This document shows, piece by piece, positions 27,301-39,400 of a stretch of DNA of 64,000 bases. The stretch is from the NCBI GenBank assembly GCA_964247055.1, contig OZ176054.1, positions 2,356,001-2,420,000 on the forward strand. Direction: 5' to 3'. The stretch is from Paragordius varius (taxonomy: Eukaryota; Animalia; Nematomorpha). Position 1 is the stretch's first letter, and each line of letters begins with the position of its first letter. Position numbers and translations under genes: made by a program. The notes beneath the pieces were generated by a model that searched no databases, was not told the DNA's origin, and saw nothing but the letters and a program-made list of their open reading frames with translations.

Positions 27301-28425
27301 TGATATTTAAATTAATTTTCCTAATCAAATCTACATAATTGGCAAAAAATTATCAGACAATGTTTAATTGTGTTTAATTTTTTCAGTTATGTTTTAAATC
27401 AAATAAATTATTTATAAGTGCCCATATCTATTTCAAATAAATCTCGCCAGTTTTTTTAAAGTAAAAAATGCTGCCCGCGATGCCATTTGTATTGGCAACC
27501 CCTGGGCTAACCCAAAAAAATATTTGAATACTTAGCTAGCGCTTTAAATAATTATACGTCATCTTAACTCCAATATATAAATCCAAACCTGATTGATAAG
27601 TAGGGTGTAATATATTTGCGCATATATAATTTTGTGAATAATTTTCGCATCTCCTATATTGTAAAAATGTGTCATAATTTCAAAACAATTTAAGTTCTGT
27701 GGTTGATTGTTTGATAATGTTCCAAACCCGTACAAATCGTTACAACTTTCCAATGGTTTTTCAAAAAGCATTGAAATGCATTTTTGGAAATAAATGTCAT
27801 TTGAGTTTATCACAGCGGATTCTATATATTTAAATAAATTATTAATAAAGATGATAATAAAGAATCTATGCGCAAAATAATTGGAAGCTAGTTGGCAATA
27901 AAAATATTTTTTTATATTTTGTTTGAAAATTTAATTTTATCAAAATTAAATGTTATTTAACTAATGTATGTAGGAAAATAGTAAAACTTTGCCTCCATAA
28001 AAATGTTTGGTTGGTAATAGTATGCGTTAGATAATAATCTGGAAAAAATGCTACATCATACAATCGACTGTAAGGATTGTTCAAAGCCTTATAATTTTTA
28101 TGCAAATAATTTGTAATTTTATGAGCAAAAACATTCGATTGTCCATTTAATCTCCGTAAAATAGGAATGTATTTAGAATCAAAATCTATTTTGGACCTAA
28201 TATATTGATCCAATAAAGCTTTGGAAGAACCTTGATATTTACGAAAACCAACTAACTTTCAATAAGTTTCAGGACGAATTGTAGGTCCTTATCCCATAGC
28301 GTGAAATTAATCAAAAAGTAATCAATACTATCGCTTATTACATCTAAAAGTTCCAGTACATTTATAGGTTTGGCTTTAACACCGTTTAAATGACCCAAAA
28401 GTAGAATTAAAAAAACACGCTGCAT
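21150..28425 (-). CDS. Signal-peptide, single-pass membrane protein (~624 aa); probably a divergent UPF0764/C16orf89 (DUF4735)-like protein
   Basis: Exons (minus strand) 28425-28257, 28230-27988, 27821-27589, 24192-24036, 23516-23233, 22834-22483 and 21586-21150; all phases match (1875 nt). It has a signal peptide MQRVFLILLLGHLNGVKA/KP and a C-terminal TM segment (FFVISLRLFIWIIGLFIVLNAIFIAICLVF). Cys spacing and motifs (ICLYLGYMDF, HGCF, CDLDGKFSKAALGVAMTTLLF) resemble C16orf89 by eye only. Confidence 0.7.
21653..21865 (-). mobile_element. tRNA-derived SINE with a 21-bp target-site duplication
   Basis: The minus-strand head GGCGTGATGGTATAGTAGGTAGG...GAGTTCGAACCCCG carries Pol III A and B boxes, and there is an A-rich tail with AATAAA and (ACTCTAC)2. 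A perfect direct repeat TTTCATGATATCAGTAGTTAA flanks it at 21632-21652 and 21866-21886. Confidence 0.85.
24356..27044 (-). mobile_element. Full-length but defective hAT transposon (SPIN/Charlie/Buster-like), 2689 bp, in an intron of the C16orf89-like gene
   Basis: 12-bp TIR CAGGGGTGGCCA / TGGCCACCCCTG, an 8-bp ATATATAT TSD within a (TA)n tract, subterminal GCGGTCAC repeats, and an internal transposase. Confidence 0.95.
24897..26666 (-). pseudogene. hAT transposase (GTF2IRD2/EPM2AIP1/SPIN-like), frameshifted
   Basis: Three ORF pieces. They carry the Zn-finger CLICNSTVALPKKSNIERHY, a shifted FSLQLDESTD (first catalytic D), ITTDGAPAM, YHCIIH, LHTDVRWLSR and FGSTYLCESAFS (hATC domain). There is an in-frame stop at codon 3 (ATG AGC TAA) and at least 2 frameshifts. 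Confidence 0.92.
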
Positions 28426-28461
28426 CAATCACATGATTTAACGGTTGTATAAAACAAAACC

Positions 28462-31298
28462 ATGGTGTATGTTGGAAACCCAAACTCAGCGTTAGTTTTA
28501 AGGGTAATTGTTTTATTTTAAATACCTTATAAAGCAAGAACAATGTTCATCAAACAAAACTAAAACAGATCTATCATCTCCAATAATTTTATATACCGGT
28601 CACCAAAGTGAAATCTTTTGTTTGAAGTTTTCGCCAGACGGTTCATTTTTTGCGTCTGCCGGTTTCGATCGTCAAATACGTAGAAATTTTTATGTTATAT
28701 ATAGTTTTATGGAATACATTTGATCAACACAATAATTTTGCTGTTTTAATGGGGCATTTGGGAGCCATACTTGATCTCAATTTCGATTCAGAAGGGTATG
28801 TCAATATATATTTTAATTGTAAAATTAGTTTATGAATTAATTTGGTATTTATACCTAACACGTTTTAAAGATGTAAACTAGCAGTACTAAGCACTTTCAA
28901 TTATTTTCGATTTAAATTTTAGGGGTAAGCAAGCATCTTATTTTAATTCAAAATTTTGTATATTATTTGAAAATATCGTTTTTCATTTCCGTTTATTAGA
29001 GATTTGGTGACATCATCAAGTGACAAATTCATATGTCTTTGGGACATGGGAACTGGGGCGCGACTTCGAAAATTTCGTGGTCATACCTCATACGTTAATT
29101 CTTGCGCTTGTAATCGGCGTGGACCTAGAACCATATGTTCTGGTAGCGATGATAGCTCTGTCAAGGTTTTTTTTTTATTTTTTATTTCAAACATTTTCCT
29201 TAAATAAACTGTATTATATCTTTATTTTAACTTACTTAATTATTTTGCAAAATTTACAGTTAGCATACATCGCATTATGATACCATTTCAAAAATTTATT
29301 TTTACCAATTTACCCCCTTAATGGCATTTAGATTTGGGATGCTCGTAACAAGAATGAAGCTAAAAGTTTTGATTCAGCCTATCCTGTTTGCGCTGTAGAA
29401 TATAGCGATACTGCTGAATACGTTTTTTCGGGCGGTATTGATAACATTATAAAGGTTTGGGATGTGAGGAAGGGTGCCGTTATTTTTGCTTTAGCTGGTC
29501 ATACGGACACTATAACAGGTCTTAGACTCAGTCCTGATGGAAATTTCCTACTCAGCAATTCCATGGATAATACAGGTAGGTAATTTGTGATATAATTTGT
29601 TTTATGTGCAAATATTTTGTTTGATTTAGTTTATAGAAACATTGAATGTGGGAAATATATTGTTTTTTTAATCATCATAAACCTGTTTAAAATTTTATGT
29701 TAAAAATTAAAATATTTTATAATACTTATTCTTTTTTGCATAAAATCCTATAAAATGTTGATTACATAATTTATATTTGATTTTTAGTTTTGAGGCTTGA
29801 TAGTGCACTCAACCTAAACCATTGTATTTCAAAAGCTAACATATATTTTGAAAGGTTAAAAGTGCACGAATATCAGTTTTATAGGAGCTGTATGTTCAAT
29901 TTAAGTTTTTACTAGGTAAGTCTGGCTTTTATTTTAAATACTACTTAAATTGTTGTTTAATTTCAAAAGATACATGATACTATTCTTAAAAAAAACCATT
30001 TATGAATATTTCTATTTTTACAGTACGTATGTGGGATGTTAGACCATATGCCCCCCGTGAACGGTGTTATAGGATCTTTTTTGGTGCGCAAGCCAATTAT
30101 GAACAGGTAAGTTTGGATTTTAACAATTTTTATTTTTTAATTAATAAAAAATTGAATTTGTAATTTTAATTGCATGATTTTCATTTGTTAAATATATTTT
30201 CTAAGATTAATTTAGTTTTAAGTAATGTTACATATTTAAGATATAATTAAACCAGGAAAACTAATATAAATTTTTAATCAAAGCTATTTTGTTTTAATAC
30301 TATAAATGCCTTTTTAAAATTTTTTCTAGTATGTTAAATATTTAACCAAAAAGCATTATAATTTTTATATACACTATGGATAAAAATATATCGCTAAATT
30401 GCCGGTTGGCATTTACAGGAAAGATTAATAATATGTTAAAGTTGGTTTATAAAATGTTTTGTTTTCACTTTTCTTGCTATTAAACACCAAAATAACTCTC
30501 TTTACTGTAACTGTTATATGGCAACTTTCAATAAAACTAGAAAAATGTATGATACAAATATTTTTGTAATTCTAAAGAATTTTATTGATTGAGAATTTTT
30601 CAAAATATTTTGCTGTAAATTTGTGTTTGCCAGAATTTATTGAGGTGTTCATGGTCGCCCATTTTACGGGCGGGACAAAAACAACGAATATCGGCAGGAT
30701 CTGCAGATCGATTCGTATATGTTTGGGATGTTCCATCCGGTAAAATTATGTATAAATTACCTGGCCACACGGGCTCAGTAAATGAAACAGCCTTCCATCC
30801 TACTCAGGATATCAGTAAGTTTTAAAATTTTGTTTGTAAAAAAAATTTGTTTGAAAAAAAAATAGTATAAATAGTGTTTGGTTTAAAATAACGGGAGAAA
30901 TTTTTAATCTATGCTTAACATGTTGAGAAATATGGAATAATGGTATAATTTCTATGTTTATTAATAAAATATTATTTTGGTTTATGATTGGTACATATAG
31001 CTTTTACGACATTAAATTCAAAATCAAGTTTTTGAAAAATGAAGCAAGTATATATTCCTTGACATCGATTAATTGGTTATCCTTATGAATAGGCGGTCGA
31101 TTTGACCAGTCAAAAACAAATCATACTTTTAACATTAATTTTTGTACATATATTTTATATTAAAAAATTTATAAAATTAAAAAGATAATTATTTGATTAT
31201 TACGTGTGTATAAAACCAAATTTACTTATTATTTATGTATTCTATAATTAGTTGGATCCTGTTCAAGTGATAAGAAGATATTTTTGGGCGAAATATAA
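28462..31298 (+). CDS. SNRNP40: U5 snRNP 40 kDa WD40 protein (~332 aa)
   Basis: Exons 28462-28503, 28535-28679, 28705-28795, 29000-29165, 29332-29575, 30024-30106, 30634-30814 and 31252-31298 (999 nt). Motifs are GHQSEIFCLKFSPDG..ASAGFDRQILLWN, GHTSYVNSC..NRRGP, SGGIDNIIKVWD, NLLRCSWSP, SAGSADRFVYVWD, YKLPGHTGSVNE and SSDKKIFLGEI*. Exon 1 is the least certain. Confidence 0.93.
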
Positions 31299-32293
31299 AA
31301 TTTATTCTTTTGTTCAAATACCATTTCATGTGATATATTATATTGTAAATAAATTTATTTTATGTTATAAATTGGCATATTATCGTAACACAAATTACTT
31401 TGAACCAAATTTTTTAATATCAAATATTTCATTTAGCAATCGGAATGTTTTTAGATTTAAATTTTATTCTTAGGTATTGGATGTCCCAATTTAATCCGAT
31501 TTTTTATATAGAAAAGCGGCACACACTTCATAACTTATTCTTTTGTATATATGCTAAAAAACTACTAAAACACAGATATTTAAAAACATTGAAGGCCTAC
31601 AAATCTCTTTTTTATAAGAGATTAAATTCCCAAATGTTTTTACAATTGGTAATCATATATAAACAATACACTAGAACTAGACCCATAAAAATTACTCATA
31701 TCTTAGCTCGATAATAATTAAGATAAATTGATTATTTCTTTTGGGGACACCATTTCTGCATAAGGACACCTATAAGAAAAGGTAAACATAGTATGCGAAT
31801 AGGTTAGGGAAGAAATTAATGTTAGAAAGTAAACACACTTCAACGAAAAACGAACAATAAAATATACACGAAGCTTGGCAAATGACGACCCCCCCCCGCT
31901 TTGTTGATGAAGTAATTCTTTAACCCCCATTCTATTTCCGATTTAAGCATTGGAAGTTAAGCTGAAATTTAGTGTTTCTCCATATATTGTTTGCATTCCG
32001 AATACTAGGTCACAATTGTAAAACGCTGCACTATACTATGGTAAAATAAATTGCCAATTCTCAGTCTTAGCTAAATAGCATTATTTAACAAGATTTCTCA
32101 TACGATAAAACAAAAAAATTTAATATTTATTCATCTAAAACTTAAAATATTATAATAAAATCAAAGTATCATTAATTGTTATTTGTTAAGCCTTATAGGC
32201 AGTCCATGCTACAGTTTTACCAAAATTAGAGGACGAATATCAATAGCCAAAACAATATCGCGAATGAAAAAAAAGAAAAACAAATATCTAAAC

Positions 32294-35200
32294 CAGGGGT
32301 GTCCAACAGGTGGTTCTAGAGACAATTGTGGCTCTTGAAAAATTTTGAGTGACGCTTTAAAAAATTTGAAAAAAATTTTTTTGCAAGAAAGTCTAATTTT
32401 TGAGTGGCGATGTAATTTTTTTTAAAAAGTATACTAAATTGATTTGCATATTTTTTTTATTTTTTATTACTTTTCATCATTCATTTAATCATTTATTTCC
32501 TTTAAAATCTGAATATCTTTAGAAAACTTGCAACTGGTAAACTTTTTTTGGTAATTTCTTTTAAAATATTTGGAATTAATAAACCTCGGTAGCCCATAAA
32601 TATATTTCTTATTCGTTAATATAAAAAATTACATGCTAAACAAAGTTAGCAGGAATTTAAATGGGGTAAATTTAAGTTGTCTTCTGTGAAAAAATTTATA
32701 AATTTCTCAAAGAGAATTCATTCTGATAATTCAAAATTTGTGCTTTCATCAATAACAAATATATTTAAAAAAAATAAGTGTAATTTGTCCATGCATTTTA
32801 TCAATTTTTTGTTTTTGCATATATTAGTACAATTTAACAACAAATTTAGTAATATTATAATACTTTACTAATTGTTATTTATATGAGAGTTAACCCATCT
32901 ATAAATGTTTATATAATACTACCGATAATTATTAATAATTTGCAATAAATAGAGGTAATGAAGATAAAAATAATAATCAAAAACATATTTAATAAAAAGA
33001 ATTCTTTTTTTGTTCTTTTACGGGTTTTTGCATAGGTTCAAATATTGTTTACTTGAAATTGACCATATTTAAACTGCCCTGTATTAAAGTTAATATTCAA
33101 CTAATGGATTTGTTTTAAGATTTTTTCGTTTTACGAAATCGTGGTTAAAAGATTTATTTTGAAATTGTGTTCTACAGCTGGGATCAAGGGATATAAAAAC
33201 AAATCATTAGTAGGCTTTCTTTTAACGAAAAAAAATGATATTATACAAATTCGCCAGAAATATGCTTAACTGACTCGTATGGTTTTTAAAGTTTTTTGAA
33301 AATTAGCCCCAAAACAACGCCATTTTTCTATGGCGTCTCAGTTTTAAACCGGTAGACCCCTACCCATAGTCCTATAAGTGAGTAAAATTATTTGCCTTTA
33401 TAGGGCAAAAATTTGGATGGGTTATTCGAAAAATACCTCCACACTAAATATTTGGCGTATTTTTAGGGCATAAAGGCCCCAAATTAACGAAAAAAAACGC
33501 CTGACCTTTTTTACCTAGTTACGGGTAATATTTCAAGCTTTTAATGAGCTCATATGGCTTCATAAATTTTCAGTAAATTAGCCCTAAAACAACAAATTTT
33601 TTATATAGTGGCGCAGTTTTGGGAGCGTAGCTCCTAACCCAGGGGCAGGTATAAAAAAAGCGTTCGGGAAAATTTCTTCCTTTACATGGAGAATATCTGG
33701 AATTATCTTGGATGTTCCTATTAGACTCATAAAGGAATGCTATATCAATATGGTGACGCAGTTTGACGCGGGTAGCCCTCTAACCAGGGGGCGAAACAAA
33801 AAAACGCTTAATTAAATCTTTGATTCGGGTAATTGGAATTATGATTGATTCCATATGCTCTCGTGGGATTTTCGACAAATTGCCTTAAAACCAAAAAGTC
33901 ATTTATGGTGGCGCATTTTCAGGGCAAGGGTCTCATTAAGGGGTAATTTAATAAAACCGCTCTACTGAAATTTTTGCCTTTTTACGGGTAATATTTCAAG
34001 CCTTTATTAAAATCATATGGCCTGTCCAAAATTTGCCTCCAAAGTCACGCTGTATCGATATGGTGGCGCAGTTGTTGGCGGATAGCCCCCTATCCAGAGG
34101 CCAATATAAAAAGGACGTTTGATAAAAATTTTTGCCTTTATAGGGGAATACCTGGAGTCATCATCCAATCCTTATCTTAAAAGTTTTTGGAATGGCTTCA
34201 AAACTAAATAATAGTTGAATGATAGCGCATTTTTTAGGGCGTAAAGGGCCTAAATAACGGCTAATTTAAAAACCGCTCGGCTTACATTTTTGCTTTTTCA
34301 CGGGTAATATTTCAGGCCCTTATTAAACTTATATGGACTGATAAGTTTTCTGAAAATCAACTCCTAAACAACGCAATTTCGATATGGTGGCGCGGTTTTA
34401 AGCGGGTAGCTCCCTACCCAGAAGCTGATACAAAAAAGCGCTTAATTAATTTTTTTGCCTTTTTATGGAGAACACCTGGAGTCATGATTCCATATACTCT
34501 CATTAGTCTTTGGAAAAATTGGCTCAAAACTGAAAAATCATTCCATGGTGGCGCATTTTTCAGGATGTGAAGGGCCAAATTAACGGCTAATTTAAAAAAA
34601 CCGCATGACCTAAATTTTTGCCTTGTTACGGGTAATATTTTAATCAGCTGTTCTCATATGGCCTGATAGGCTTACTGAAATAAGCCCCAAAGGCACGCTA
34701 TTTCGATATGACGGGTCAGTTTTTAGCGGGGATCTCATTACCCAGCAGCTATCATCAAAGAAACGCTTGACCATAATTTTTGTCTTTTAACAGGGAATAC
34801 CTGGAATCCTTATTAAATTTTTACGGGTTCATACCCTGGGCAAAAAATAGATTCAAAAAATTATTTTTGTTGACTTAGTTTTTTGGAAAAAAATGGCATT
34901 TTACGGGGGGAGCGGGTAAAAAGAGGGCCTAAATTGAAAAATCGAGCCGACTATGTTAGGCGCAATCGAAAATGAGTAAATCATCTTTGAAATTGAAGGT
35001 TCCAACAGGTTTTCGGAAAAGCTGTCTCAAAGACACGATTTTTGTGGACTCCTGTTTTCAAAAAAAACCGTTTTTTACACTGGGTGGGCCCGAACTGGAG
35101 GCCTAATTTAAAAAAAGGACGAAGCTATTGTCGGGGCATTCATTATTGATTAATTTTTTCGACATTTGGATTTGAAAAGGTCTACCGTTTTTCCGGAAAC

Positions 35201-35343
35201 AGATCACAAAGCCAGCATTTTCCATTTTTATAAATATATAGATTATTTGATACTTATGTCTTAATGTATAAATTCAAATGTGGCTCTTCGTGTTTTGAGG
35301 TCAAAAATATAGCTCTTTAAGCCATTTGTGTTGGACACTCCTG
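32294..35343. mobile_element. ~3-kb non-autonomous hAT-like element containing a tandem-repeat array
   Basis: TIR CAGGGGTGTCCAACA (32294-32308) versus TGTTGGACACTCCTG (35329-35343), 14/15 match. There is a decayed 8-bp TSD ATCTAAAC / ATCTCTAC and a subterminal TGTGGCTCTT motif near both ends. Confidence 0.6.
33230..34880 (+). repeat. Tandem array of ~160-bp monomers with an alternating A/B (~320-bp dimer) structure
   Basis: The anchor (G)ATGGTGGCGCA recurs at ~33605, 33750, 33905, 34061, 34221, 34383, 34545 and 34708. ACGGGTAATATTT occurs in alternate units. Further diverged units continue to ~35220. Confidence 0.9.
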
Positions 35344-36456
35344 ATCTCTACCATTACTGAATATGCTTGATTGATGCCATACTTTCCCAATCTGGACTTG
35401 TGGCTGCGAAAAGGGCACAAAAAATACAATGATAAATTTTTTAGCTGTATAATAGTTTTGAGCATTGAAGAAAACCAACGAATTCGGTCTCAGTAATATG
35501 AAACCGCCCTGGAACAATATTTAAATGAGAGCCATCCAATTCGGTCACGTTATACGCAGGAACTTGCAAAAAATTGGTAGTCTGTTGCAGAAGGGTAGGT
35601 CACAGACACACGCTGGTGTTATAATATCGTAAAGTTCACAAATTCACACAAATGTCTGAAAATACAAAGTATGGATGAATATTACAATGAAATTGCTCAA
35701 GGACGATCATAAACACATTATAATCGTCATGAACCAATATTTATAAATACAACAATTAGGCCATGCAAAAGAAAGGCCAAGTCAAAGAACATCAGGTCAG
35801 GCATTTTGTCGTATGAGCCCACTCAAAGAACTCAAGTAAATGGCCCATAATTTCCTGGCTTAGAATTTTTAGATAATACGATTTTTGTGGCTTAAATTTT
35901 AAGACGGAAAATATTTGACAAAAATATGGAGCAACATAACTTATTATTGGCAAAAAAATATTTGAACGAGTGATAATTGACAAAAATTATAACAAAAATA
36001 ATGATAATCACGTGTAGGTGGGGTGTTTAGGAACTCCTTGACAACAGCAATTAAATTATCTTCATAAAATGAGACAAAAAATATATATCAAGTATAAATC
36101 TAGGTATAATAAAATAAAATTATTATGTAAAAATCAGTATGCTAATTGCTGGCCACTTTACATTTTTGTTGGCCGATTGGCAATACAGTAGCGTGTGTTA
36201 TTAAATAAAATTTGTCCATAATCAAATAAACAAATTAATGTTGTGAGATGGGAAAAACTTGTTTTTTACCACTTTGTAATTTTTACCCATATACTACTGT
36301 GCTACCAATCGGCCAAATATAATGTGAATTGGCTCATGTAAATGTACATACCGTAAATGGGTATGTAAAATCCAATGAATATAATAGATTTGTCTATTTA
36401 TTTTTTATATACATACATAGGCTTTCTACGTAAAATAATGTATTCGCAAAAAAGGT

Positions 36457-39400
36457 TTATCTTCTAAAACCGCCACTTCCACGGCCCCCACGAAATCCGC
36501 CACCTCGTCCGCCTCTGAATCCCCCACCCCCTCGGCCTCTCCCTCCTCCTCGAAATGCGCCACCTCGGCCACCCCGTCCCCGGGCGCCACCACCACCTCC
36601 ACCGCGTTTTTCCCCTTTAACAGCTGGTTTGGGCAAAAATCGTTCGAGCGGTAACAATTTGTTTGGATCAATGTACAACTATGAAATATTTACACACACA
36701 CATATATATATATATATATCATCGGGCATTAAAAATCACTCTTAAACATTACAAATTACCCTGAAGGTTTCAAATTAACCCTAAAAATTATTTGTGTTTT
36801 TAATATAAAAAATAAATTTTTTGATATTATTAAAAAATATAAATTGACTAAATGCAGAAAAAAATGATAAACTATGCCATTAAAATTTTTATGTCAATAA
36901 TGAGTAACCAAAAACACATATTTATTATTAGGATAAATTTGAATTTAAATATAATTTTGAACTGTTCAAGAATCAATTTTAATTTTATAAATAATGAATC
37001 GTGTTATAATTAGGGTATTCAATACAGAATATCAAACACACGGCCCTTCGAAATATCAAGGTTCGAATTTTCGCGAGAAATTAAAAATATCAAATATATA
37101 CAACACCACATATAACATGAAATATAAGCAAAAGTCTTATAAATTATTAATTCATCATTTTTGACTTAAAATATTATTTCTTGATCAAAAAGATAAAATT
37201 ATACCATTTCCCAGTCTAAATAAACGTTTTCCCAGTCAATCGAAACATTTTCCCAGTCAATTGAAACGTATTCCCAATCAATCGAAACGTTTTCCCAGTC
37301 AATCGAAACGTATTCCCAATCAATCGAAATTCCCAGTCAATAAAAACATTTTCCCAATCAATAAAAACGTTTTCCCAGTCTATAAAAACGGTTTTATTTT
37401 TGATGATAAATATCAAAACAAGAATATAAACACAACTTTTAACCATTATCAGCCTAATATTAGGATATTATTTTGCATAAAAACACAGTTATTGAATGAA
37501 AATTTTTCCTATTTTATTCCAGTGTATAATCATTAATGACTTATTCTTTAAAGGTTATATTTTTGCATTTGAGATGTTTTTAAGATAATATTTTTTATTT
37601 TATCGATGGTTCGCAGTAATATTTGCAGAACGCTTTACAACTGTTTTTAAATATGTTAAGTTTATCGTTAAAAATACTGTCGGAAAAAACATCTAAACAA
37701 AAAATATTTTTTTGATAAATGTTTTTGATTTAAATTTAATAAAATAGGATATTTGATTAAAACAAGGGTGTCCAACTAAATGCTTCTCGGGCCGCTTTAA
37801 CTCAAATACACCGTTCAGGATTCGAAAATACGGGCATTCACATAAATTTTCGATTTGACATATTAAAATACAATCACATTATAATAATTTTTTTAATTCG
37901 CTACCAATTTAATAGGCTCAATCAGAATAATTGCGTAAGAATTATGAATATTGCTAAGATTTTCGGACCATATTTTTGCATATAAATTTCCTAATTTTTC
38001 GCGGGCCGCATAAAGATACTCGGAAGGCCCCCTTAGGCCCCCGATGAACCAAATGATAAATATTATATTAGGGTAAAATTTATGTTTAAAATCCAATTTG
38101 AAGTGTTAAATGATCTTTGAGAGAAAAATGGTATATTTTTATAAATTTTATTATTTCATTCGTAAATATAGATTTTAGTTAGCCGCACATATTAGCGAAC
38201 CATCGATTAAATAAAAAATATTATCTTAAAAACATCTTAAATTCCAAAAATATAACCTTTAAAGAATAAGTCATTAATGATTGTGCACTGGAATAAACTT
38301 GGAAAATTTGTCCTTCAATAATTGTGTTTATATTAAAATAATATCCAATATTACGCTGATAATGATTAAAAGTTATTTTTATATTCCTGTTTTGATATTT
38401 TATCATCAAAAATAAAACCGTTTTTATTGACTGGGAAAACGTTTTTATTGATTGGGAAAATCTTTCGATTGATTGGGAATACGTTTCGATTGACTGGGAA
38501 AACGTTTCGATTGACTGGGAAAACGTTTCGATTGACTGGGAAAACGTTTCGATTGACTGGGAAAACGTTTCGATTGATTGGGAAAATGTTTCGATTGACT
38601 GGGAAAACGTTTATTTAGACTGGGAAATGGTATATTATTTAATATTATACTAAATAAACCCCATTTTTGGTAATTAAGGCCAGCTAAATATGTAGATACC
38701 GTTAATTAACCTTAAATTAAAAATTTCTCAGGGTTCTTTGAGTTAAATCATTTGAGCCTGTTTTATAATCTCTTCAAAACTTTTTAAAACGAACCACCTT
38801 TTTTATCTGATCTTTAAAAATGTAAGCAAAGCTATAATAGATCTTTTTAGTATTTAACGTAATAACCGAAAAATTAAAATGATTAGTCTATATTGACCCT
38901 TTACAGTCTCTTATCTATCAAAATATTTATTAATGCCCATAAGCCATTTGATTTAGACAACCCTCTTTTAATATATCAAAATTACGAAGGCAAATAAGTA
39001 CATTGGTGCAAATGAGATAATTAGTCTAAAGAATTTTAAATTTTTATAAGTTACGCCTAATGGTTCATAATTTATTCGTAAATCTAAACAATCATACAAT
39101 TTTTAGGCTAAAATTTAAATCATTTATAGCACAATTGCCAAAATAAAGCGTATTTTTACAGAATAAGGGCCTGCTTACAGGAATCATTTTAAAAAATGAC
39201 TCAATCATAATCGGCTCCTTGATAAAGACAAAGCAAACGGCCATAATTACTAAAGCGGGGTTAAAATTTTATGCAGAAACGAATTTTAAAAGTGTAGTTC
39301 TTAACAGGATCTATACAATGAGCTTTTTCGCCCTTAGAAAATACCTAGGTTGATTAATAAATTCACTAGTCTCATACGTTTTCATATGGCTTCAAAACAA

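Noticed and set aside
31718-31955. Exon-like minus-strand segment (MGVKELLHQQ... / MLKSEIEWGLKNYF...)
   Set aside because: It could not be linked to any other exon or recognised protein, so it is left unannotated.
37216-37390. CRISPR-like appearance of short regular repeats (also 17455-17510 and 38427-38618)
   Set aside because: They are head-to-tail tandem repeats without unique spacers, in a eukaryotic context with no cas genes.
37216-38618. ORFs with FRLTGKT / NQSKRFP repeats
   Set aside because: These are translations of the 21-bp subrepeats of the foldback element, not genes.
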